Under the pieces are notes generated by a model. That model worked only from the letters and a program-made list of their open reading frames with translations. It was not told the origin of the DNA and did not search any database. DNA of 63,584 bases, counting the filler, from Syncephalis fuscata S228 (taxonomy: Eukaryota > Fungi > Zoopagomycota): the NCBI GenBank assembly GCA_025786725.1. It is 3 parts of 3 records of this genome, joined end to end, with 100 filler letters (N's around TTAATTAATTAA, not from the genome) between each part and the next. Parts side by side here need not be neighbours in the genome. Positions count along the whole stretch, not along the records: positions 1 to 24,566 come from JAHLTZ010000127.1; 2 more parts are not named here. One strand, 5' to 3'. The position numbers and the translations under genes are program-made. This document shows, piece after piece, positions 1-9,737 of this stretch; the first letter of the stretch is position 1; each line of letters starts with the position of its first letter.

Positions 1-575
1 AATGCTATTACCATCTAGCCTTGGGTCTTTATAAATTAACTTTTTATCACATTACCAATTATGGTAATAGCAATTAATGGTGATTGCAGTATCACATGAT
101 TTATTTACACCTGGTATTCTTCACTTGCATTTTACGAAACAACAAACGGCACAGAACCTAGTTTAAATCCACTTTCCAGTGATCACCTGATCACCTAATA
201 GTACTACAAACATCTTAGCCTTTTTAAAGAATTTACAATTTTAATCAGGTATGTAACACAATATTAAAATAGTTTCAATTAACAATTATAATGTCTATAA
301 TTTGTTTTGTTATTTGATTAAACAAAATTAAAATGAAACCAAATGTTTATTGCTAGAATTTGGACAACTGAATGAAAAACAGCTAAATTCAGATTTGTAG
401 TAATATAATGGCATCATTAATTATAAGTTGAGTAAACCGGTGCATTGATCGGTAGTTGATATGCGAATGAACTAGACGGCAACTACTTAGAGGTCTTGCC
501 GCCCCAAATGTATATCTAAATGTATAGATTGATAATTCAGTCGTACTATCAATAGCAATGCCTTCGATAAGCCGG

Positions 576-2852
576 TTAATCTATGTTCATAAATTTATAC
601 AGCAAATTTCATGTAGTTAGTGTTTAAATCAACAATATATAAAATTATTTACCAACTATTAGTGCAAGTTATTAAACACACGCAGTGCATAAAGTGTAAT
701 TAGTTTATAACTATTTAATATACAATGGCACTTACACCCTATCAACACAAGTTATTACACAAGAGCAGTACATAACATATGCTTAGTGTATCGATAATTT
801 ATATAAAATGCCACTTACGGACTATTAATGTTGTTATTGAATACATACAGTGTATATCACATGGTCAGTATATATTTGGTTAGTACAAAGTTTCACCTAC
901 AAGCTACCAAATACACGCAGTACATAGAACATGTTTAATATACAGTTGAGTAATATACTATGTCACTTACGACCTATTGATAGCCGTTATTAAAAATGTA
1001 ATCCATGCCGCATAATTAATATATAGCTGGTTAATATACAATGTCACTTACGTTCTATTAATACAAGCCATTAAACATACACATTGCATGGTATATATTT
1101 AGCGTATATTTGCCTAATATATAGAGTTATTTACCAGCTATTAATATAAGTCGTTAAACAGATAGATTGTGTGACATGTTTAACACATAACTAACTAAAA
1201 CATAATTTCATTTACCAGCTATTGATATAAGTTATTACACACACGTAGTGGATGATATATGCTTAGTAAATAGTTAATTAATATAAAATGTTATCTACCT
1301 TCTATTGGTGCAGGTTATCCACATCAAATAATTTATGATTAGCGTATAAATAATTACTATACAATGTCCCTTACTAGCTATTAATACAGATTATTACACA
1401 AATGTGCATGTCATATACTTAGTAAATTATCAATTAACATACAATGTCATTTACCAGTTGTTACTTCAAGATATTAAGCAATCACAGTACATAGCATAGG
1501 CTTAGTTTTTAGTCGATTAATAAACAATGCCATTTACCAGCTATCGATATAGGTTATCAAGCAGACGTAGTGCATATCATATATTTAGTGAATGAACGAT
1601 TAATATACAGTATCACGGGGGGACGTTGCTAGCCCAGTTGGTAAGGCAGCGTCTCCCGAGCTGAAGGCTCCGGGTTCAAACCTCAGTTTGAATCAATCCT
1701 TAAGTGGAAAATCCCCCCCTCCAGTTTTCTCTAGTTAACAAATTGCAAACCAGAACCCAATAAGTAGGTCCGGAAACAAGACCTTGGCCAGAATAGCCGA
1801 GGAAAACCAATTGGGACCAACTTCAAGAGAATAGTGCTGTGTAGCACCATTTAAAGGAAGATGGCCCCCGTGTAAAATCTATATGGACCAGATTTTGCGC
1901 AAAAACGTGGCAGTCCACCCGTTAAAAGTTTGGAAAAGTCCAAATATAGTGGGAAGCAGCGCAAATTCTTTAATTATGCGCAGCGGGGGCTCACAAGCTC
2001 TTCAAAATAAAATAAAATAATATACAGTATCACTTACGTTCTATCAATAAAAATTATTATACAGATGAAATACCCGACATATGTTAGTACATAAATAGCT
2101 AATTTGCAATTCCACTTACTTCCTATTGATACAAGGGATTACACATCATATGGTGCATGCTTAATGTATAAATAATTAACATACAGTATTACTTACCCCC
2201 TAGCAATACAATTTATCATACAAGCATAGTATACAATCTATATTCAGTGCGTAGCTATTTAATATATAATGCCATTTACCAACTATTAATATAAGCATTG
2301 CATAAACGTAGTACATAGCATATGCTTAGCATATAGTTAATTAATATGCAGCGTCATTTACCAACTATTGATACATGATATTAAACAACCACAGGGCATG
2401 ATATTTTAGTATAATCGATTAATATAGCATTTTACTTACAGGCTATTAATGTACGTTATTAAACAAATATGGTACATGTTATATGCTTAGCGTATAGCCA
2501 ATAAATACACGACGTCACTTACTAACTATTGATACAGGTTAGTATACAGGCATGCATGCCACATACTTAGTGTATAGTCAATTAATACATAATTTCATTT
2601 ACTTTCTATTAATACAAGTTATTAAACATAAAAATTATATGGTGTATGTTTAGCATATAATAACTAATATATAATGACGCTTACGATCTATTAACGTGGT
2701 TTTTCAGTGTATACATTATTTAATTAAGTGAATGACTGATTATTGTAATACGACATACCACGACGGCCTAGAGTCGGCATGGCATCCACCGTAGCTGTGA
2801 TAACTACCAAGGCCATAAAAATGGTACATACGACGCCAATAGAAAACTTCAT
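576..2852 (-). CDS. Secreted peptide precursor encoded by an array of 3-nt microexons (copy 1)
   Basis: Exon 1 is 2852-2759 (94 nt, MKFSIGVVCTIFMALVVITATVDAMPTLGRR+G, donor gtatgt). The 3-nt exons (lowest coordinate given) are flanked by tag and gta: 2685 ATC, 2603 AAA, 2523 TTA, 2440 CCT, 2362 TTG, 2280 TTG, 2197 GGG, 2120 GAA, 2038 AAC, 1538 CTG, [1455 CTG, acceptor caa], 1375 CTA, 1299 AAG, 1216 CTG, 1135 CTG, 1052 AAC, 971 GTC, 901 CTT, 819 TCC, 736 GGT, 653 TTG. The last exon is 580-576 AT+TAA. The spliced frame is open and ends ...RR DQITFVGGKPA(A)KAAERPFRFD*. Confidence 0.85.
581..2758 (-). repeat. Degenerate tandem array of ~80-bp units (intron + 3-nt exon)
   Basis: The plus-strand motif 'ttaatatacaatgtcacttac NNN ctattaatacaagttattaaac' recurs about every 70-83 bp, interrupted once by the SINE. 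Confidence 0.9.
1617..2017 (+). mobile_element. tRNA-derived SINE inserted in a microexon-array intron
   Basis: Perfect 16-bp TSD taatatacagtatcac (1601-1616 and 2018-2033). The 5' end is tRNA-like, with A box TAGCCCAGTTGG and B box GGTTCAAACC, and the 3' tail is (AAAAT)n. It is GC-richer than its flanks. Removing it with one TSD restores an 80-nt intron. Confidence 0.88.
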
Positions 2853-4556
2853 GCTGGTATTGATTTGTTAAAATAAACAAGTAGAATGAACAATGCAAAA
2901 TGCTAGGAATAAAATGAACAATGCAATGGTTTTGCAAAAGTAGAATGCGATGATGCTATCACTGGGTAGTTGTGTGTATTTTGTGGGCTATTTAAATATA
3001 CGTCTGTCCTAGAGAATTAGAAAATGTATTCTATCGCCTATACCCTTGAGGTGCAATGTGGCCAATAAAGTGAATTCACATAATAGCTAGAAGCGCGCGT
3101 ACAACAATATACCAATGACGTAGCAGTATGCAATCTAGCTCTTTATTCTAAACATGTTTGGCAATTACACAAGTGATTCAACAATATAAATGATTTAACA
3201 CATATGTTGTAAAATATGTTATCGACTGTTCTTGCGCGGTTACACAATTCAGCAATGGCGCGCAAGCTCAATCTACTAGTTTTCCAAAACAAAAACAATA
3301 AACTGTTGCGTCTTTGATGTTGCCTTTGGTGTTATTTTCGCCGACAAATTCAGTTTCTAATATATTTATGAACATTGAAAAACACGGCTGCAATTCACTG
3401 GCACAAATAACATAATAAGATTGTATTTATTTACAATTCTTTAAACCACAAAAATGCACTGATCAGTTTTTCATGAATTATCTTGACATTTAATATTTGA
3501 TTATGAAATGAACGGTTTATTTTTAGTATTGTACTACCAAATACTGCTAAAGGCTTTATCGCCAACAATTGATTGTTTTTATCAATTATTCATCGTTGTG
3601 TAATGCCATTCTAATAATAAAACACTAGATTCGAGTATCAACGTCATCGATTCTTTGTTTATAAAGTGATGTAAAGGCAATAGAAAGCACCCACTAGGCC
3701 ATCCTAGTTAAATATAGCTGATTTTGGGTGTACAACAGTAATATACGACATATCAATTGGCGACAATGATGTAAAAATAGTTTACTTGATAGTAACTTGA
3801 TGGGAATAACCTGTTTTATTATGATTGTCATGGTTTGCAATAAGTGGACGTAGCAAATTGCATTGTTTTGAGTTTGACTAAAAGTTTGACTAGTCAACGG
3901 CTTTTAAAGGTATACGGCATTTTTATATTTAGAATACATAACTAATATACGCTTTATATAAATATAAACATAATTGCACACACATTTATTTAATCATTAG
4001 TATTCTCATTAGTGTTGCTTTATTGTTATTAATTTGCAATTTTGCAAGAACATATTTAAAATCCAACTTTATCAAATGGTTCCGTTTCCATAATTTTGTT
4101 TTGGTTCAGTTTGCTTTGAATTTTAGCAATTTTTATCACTTGTAACTGTAATAAATATTTATAATTATGCATTCGGCAGATTACAGTAATTAAATTAAGT
4201 TTATATTTGCATAAATACACTTTTAATATACTTGCTTTATTGATGTTTTTTTAATTATTAGATGGTAATAAAATACGAAAGTAGATATAGCACACTAATT
4301 AAATATAATTGAAATGAAACCATATGTTTATTACTAAAGTTTGCACAGATGAATAGAGACGACTAATTCTGGCATATAGCAATATAATGGCGCCACTAGT
4401 TAAAGTTTAATAAACCGGAATATTGAATAAAACTTGATATAAGAATAGACTTGAATGGTAGTTGCTGGATGGTCTTGATTTTGCTAAATGTATACCTAAA
4501 GTTTATAGACTGGCAGCATGTTCACGTCACCAATGCCAGTGTTTTGGATGTGTCGA

Positions 4557-5189
4557 TTACACTATTTTCATAAGTTTATACAAAATGTAACATAGTTAGC
4601 GTATAAATCAATACTATGTAATTCTACTTACTAACTATAGATTGTTAAACACGCAGTGCGCAGTATGTTTAATGCATAGCTAATTGATATATACGTAACT
4701 TACCAGCTATTGATGGCAAATTATCGGGCACAATGCATATGTTAATTTATAGCCAATTGCTATACAATGGCACTTACGTACTATTAGTGTCAAATTATTG
4801 GACACACAATACATAGCATATGTTAATTTATAGTTAATTAATATACAATATCACTTACAAGCTATTAACATCAGGTAATCAAACACGCAGTACATAGCAT
4901 ATGTTAATACATAGTTAATCGATATACAATGACACTTACGCTCTATTGATGTGTGTTATGTATTACCCACAGTAAATTAAACATAAACGATACATTCTAT
5001 TAATATGTAGCATTACTTACGATCTGGTAACATCGGTTGGGTAATGCAAGCAGTATTTAATTAGCTAAGTAGTTAATTATTGTAATACAATATATTACCA
5101 CGAATTGGAGCCGGCTTAGCATCCACCATGGCTGTAGCGGCTATCAAAGCCACGACAATGGCACAGATGGCGGCAATAGAAAGCTTCAT
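4557..5189 (-). CDS. Secreted peptide precursor encoded by 3-nt microexons (copy 2)
   Basis: Exon 1 is 5189-5099 (91 nt, MKLSIAAICAIVVALIAATAMVDAKPAPIR+G). The 3-nt exons are 5021 ATC, 4940 AGC, 4859 CTT, 4778 TAC, 4704 CTG and 4632 TTA, all yAG|NNN|GTAAG. The last exon is 4561-4557 TG+TAA. The product ends ...R DQPLPVM*. Signal exon and flanks are homologous to copy 1. Confidence 0.85.
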
Positions 5190-6133
5190 GGTGATATGGA
5201 TTTGTTAAGAAAAACAAACAAAATAAAAGAGTGTCTAGGGTAAAATAGATGCAATGAACGTTTGGCAGAAAGTAGAGTACGATGATAATGCTACTATTTA
5301 GTTGTGTGCATTTTGTGAGCTATTTAAGTTCATGTTTATTCCAAAGGATCAAGGAATGTATTCTATAGAATGTACGATTAAATGGAGGCTAAACCAATAG
5401 GTTACATCCATATGCTAACATAAAACATGTGTATAACAATATCAATGGTGTGTTAACATGTTGCCAAGTCTTTACTTCTATGCCCTTGGCAAATAATATA
5501 CTGTAGGGTCTTTACTTTAATTTTTTAACAAATAACATGCTGCCAGATTTTACTTCAATTATTTTTAACAATTACGCAGATAAAATGGCAATATTAATGG
5601 TTCAACGTATATGTGGTGGAAATGTATATATTGATGTGTATTTTACCATTTCACATAGTTCAAACGTGCAGTGCAAACTAAATTGATTAATGCTACAGAA
5701 ACAATAGGGATGCATCGCTACACATTTGCTGTTGTTTTAGCCAAGAACCTCATTGCTCAATATCTGCATGCATCTCAAACAGCTCTTAGCGCTGATACAG
5801 CAACAGCATCAATAAATTGGCCTTGTAGTGCTTTACGGCTATTTACTAGTGCGTAGGCTAATTATATTTTTAAATCATAAAAATGTACTGATTAGTTTGA
5901 TCGTTTATTCAATTTGACATTGTAATCATTGCTTAAAATAAGTGGTTCATTTTTAGCATTGTGTTATCAAATGTTACTACATATTTTATTATTAAATAAT
6001 TATATAGCACAATAATTGATCTTTATAATCTTACTGTAAACATTAAACATATTCGTTTCACTAAAGATTATTTATTTAATAATTTATTTATTACAAAGTT
6101 TAATTTTAAAGAATATAAATGCAATATTATAAA

Positions 6134-8598
6134 TCAAGTTTTAATGGCTGTTGCCTCGATAGATGGATTACTGCCTTGTAAGATAATAAATACCAACACA
6201 AGTAGACATGTACCCGCTACATCGCCAATCGCTGTTCTAAATGTTGGACAAGTAAGTGCTCAGCTATCTAGCTGTATTATATCGAATCACTTACATGTAT
6301 GGCAGTGCATAATTATCCGGATCTAGACTCCTATGCCATAATGCAACGACAATCCATCGTGATGCGACTAACAGACCAGCAACCTATCACGTTGAATATA
6401 CATTGTCAATAATTGATAAAATACTATCAATGTCATTCATTCATTCATTAACTTACTAGTAGCATTGAGGCCAGTGTATATAGTAAAAACATGCCAACAG
6501 TAACACTACCATGACCAAGATTAAATGCCCGTACTATACCCAAGAATGGCCATTGGACGGGTAGGTTAAGTAGCCATAGCACGACACCAATAACCAGCTG
6601 CTTCTCTTGTCGTCGTGCATGTAATGCAGTGGATATACGTGAAGCAAATACACAACATAGATTACCTGATACGCCTAACAAATTACAAGTCAGTATTATA
6701 TAGTTAAAAGTATATAATAATACTATACCATTAAGTACAGGAACTAGAACTGCCATGCCGGCATATCGATCAATAAACCGTTCAAGTACTAGACCGGCCA
6801 GACTAATGATCATTATAATGATGCAATTGTTAATAAGCTAACGTATAATATATATATGGCTATTACCTTGAAATAGCCATGGCTAATAGAATGGGTACCC
6901 AACCATCGAACATCGTTTCTCTTATAAGTTCATTTTTGCGTATTAGCCAGAACCATACTGGTAATGAGAATAGCATAATAATAAAAGTACAGTAGGAAGT
7001 ATAGTATCTTTTTAATCAATTAGTAGCAAATCCTATATTAATACAAGTCAATCACACTTACCCATGACGGGGTAAAGCCAGCTGCTAATGATAGCCAATA
7101 CCGCTAGCGTAATTAAATCACCAAAACTCGCGGCAATTGGTGTAGCCACATTATCTGGATTAATGCCTCGTCGTCGGCAAGCGATACATAGGAAACACAT
7201 ACATAGACCAAGTAATGCACTACTTACTGCAGCACATATCATAGCCGATGTAATAATAAGCATTGCTTGGTGAAATGAGAATGGACTAGCTGTGCCACTA
7301 CTACCATGTGTAATGAACCCCATAATAACTGATAATAGACCAGCCAAACACGAGACACTGAGTGCTTGTAGTTGTAGCAAGGCTAAATTGCCCCATACTA
7401 AAAGACGTTGTGATTTTGGCACATCCAAATCACCTAAATTTGCCTAATATTGATTATTCATTTACTAACGAGCTATTAATATTAATGAATACTTACGGCT
7501 GTTGACATTCTTGAGGCAAGATTCATTTCTAGATTGCCTTTAAGACCAAGTAACACGGGAACCATAATAAATAGCTGGGTAATATGCGTAAATACCGTCC
7601 AATGCTAATTATAGTTAATTAACGATTACCATAGAATATTTAATAAATATCGTTTATTGCTGATATACAACTTACCTGTACAACATCGAGTAACCAACCC
7701 GCCATGATAAGACCAACAACGGCAACTAACAATGATGGAAGCGTCTAATGGTTATCCATTTTATATTAATATTTGCAATAATGGCCATATCTACACATTC
7801 ACTTACCTGAAGTGCCACTACAAGTGGACTATCCTCAACCGGCCCATCTTCAGCATTAGTTCGACGGCCACCAAGCATACTTGTATCTGATGCGGCAAAA
7901 CTAAACTTTCGTCTAAAGTGTCCAGCCACATCTTCAAGTAGAATAGTGGAAAAAGACGCGCCTCGATCACGTAATCTTTTACGACTCATATGTAGCCACG
8001 CATCTCCATCCTCCTCGTCGTCATCCTCATTCTCTTCCTCTATTATATCCTCGCCACGGCCTCGTAATCCATGTTGACCTTTTCGTGGCTGTATCGGTGT
8101 CAATGGAACATCTTGCCCATCCAATTCAATAGCTGTATCCAATCGACTCACATTGGCTGCTACACGTCGATCATTTAAATCCATCGTATCACTACTATTT
8201 TCACTCTGCAATAATCTATAAGGCCCACGAGATGGCCCTGTTCGATGCGGCCCTGTCACCGAGTCGTGCAACACTACTGTTTCCTCATCTTCACTATCAG
8301 GTGTTTCATGAAGTGTATGATTGCCTAGATTCGTATAGCCTGTATTCGGCCTATTTAACGAAGGTTCACTGAAGGTAAGATGGCGACCTAGTAAATTGCC
8401 ATCGAGTCGAATAGCTTCTGTAGACGCGGCTTCGCTATTATTAGCCGCTGTTGTCGCGACTGCTCTGTCATGACCACGCTCGTCACTATGACTTGCTTCA
8501 TAGGTAAATGGACGTGTAGGTGTTCGTGGTTCTGAAGAAGCGTCAGACGGTGACGGCAATGTTATTATTGGTAGCCGTGATAATTCTGGTTCAGTCAT
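6134..8598 (-). CDS. SLC41/MgtE-family magnesium transporter (multi-exon)
   Basis: MgtE-repeat motifs: [63 protein letters not shown] and [19 protein letters not shown]. Long disordered N-terminus. Confidence 0.9.
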
Positions 8599-8965
8599 TG
8601 TGAAGCAATGGGGAAAGTAAAGGAGTATAATATATTAGTAGAAGTCGTAGAAGTAATAACAGTATATAGAGTATAAAAGGGAGGGCTATTGACTTTTTAG
8701 TTATTAAAATACTGTCGGTGTTTAATTAACCTACACGTTACCTATATTATTTGTAAGGGATATTTTGTTAAAGATTAATGTTATCGTAATTTGAATCATC
8801 ATAATAATGATAACAACACTTTGATACTTTTATCCTTAGTACTTTCTTTATTGTATCACGTCGTTGTTGCTTTATTACTGATTGACACGATTGCGTAATA
8901 GTTTATTAAACATTGACTATTGATCAAGTATTATAGTGTTGTATAAGCAACTATAACTTTACACT

Positions 8966-9506
8966 ATGACTGTAATTGCCAGTTGGGATGAATTCCATCA
9001 AGCCGCTATTGATCTTGGTCAAGAGGCGCCTAAACAAGTAAGTCTTTACTGCATACAAATACATAGATATGTACAGCGGTTAGTTATTGATTCGATATTG
9101 CATTAAATGATCGTATAGACACGATTTGTTACAAAATATCGACACTGTGATGGTAAGCTTGAACTTAAAGTCACGGATGACCGAACGGTAAGTATAGCGA
9201 CCAAACAGTGTTTATATCTATTCTAATCATTTCAATACAGTGTCTGCAATATCGAACAGATCAAGCAGTCGATTTAAAACGATGGGAACGACTTACACGC
9301 GCTTTAATGCAATCCATGTCCAACCGTGTATCGGAACCAGAAGGTAACTATTGAGTCTATAATGTAAATACTATAATAACCCTCCGTTACATATAAAACC
9401 AGAAGTGGCTCAGCTAGCACCCGTAACTATAACCGCTACTACTACTACCGCTACAGCAACCACAAAAACCACTAAGCAAGGTGGTAAACGTAAAAAAGGA
9501 CGATAA
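8966..9506 (+). CDS. SRP9: Signal recognition particle 9 kDa subunit (SRP9/Srp21)
   Basis: Spliced: MTVIASWDEFHQAAIDLGQEAPKQ|TRFVTKYRHCDGKLELKVTDDRT|CLQYRTDQAVDLKRWERL..., ending in the basic tail KQGGKRKKGR*. Confidence 0.88.
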
Positions 9507-9737
9507 ACATATAGTTATAATAATGATACGGGTGGATATAATTATACATAGATTCATGTATAAATCCACAACATTACTTAATAAACATTGATTATATATA
9601 TATAAACTTTAACTAATAATTCTTTCTTTGATAACAACACTATTCATCATCGACTGTTTCTTAACAAACAAAAAACAATAATTACGCATTCACGTGCAAA
9701 CATCCACGCACACATTGTCTTGCCACGATAAATACGC

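Noticed and set aside
576-975. RFamide neuropeptide mimicry by the C-terminal RPFRFD
   Set aside because: It ends in Asp with no Gly amide donor, and the paralog lacks the motif. The resemblance is too short to support.
1617-1695. Functional tRNA gene
   Set aside because: A and B boxes are present but I see no convincing acceptor stem, and it is embedded in a TSD-flanked element with a tail, so it is a SINE head.
581-2758. CRISPR array interpretation of the periodic repeats
   Set aside because: The context is eukaryotic, the repeats are degenerate and ~80 bp, the spacers are only 3 nt, and there are no cas genes. Splice signals explain the pattern.
2740-2937. 65-aa ORF from the track
   Set aside because: It is the wrong frame; the real exon is the overlapping signal-peptide frame starting at ATG 2852.
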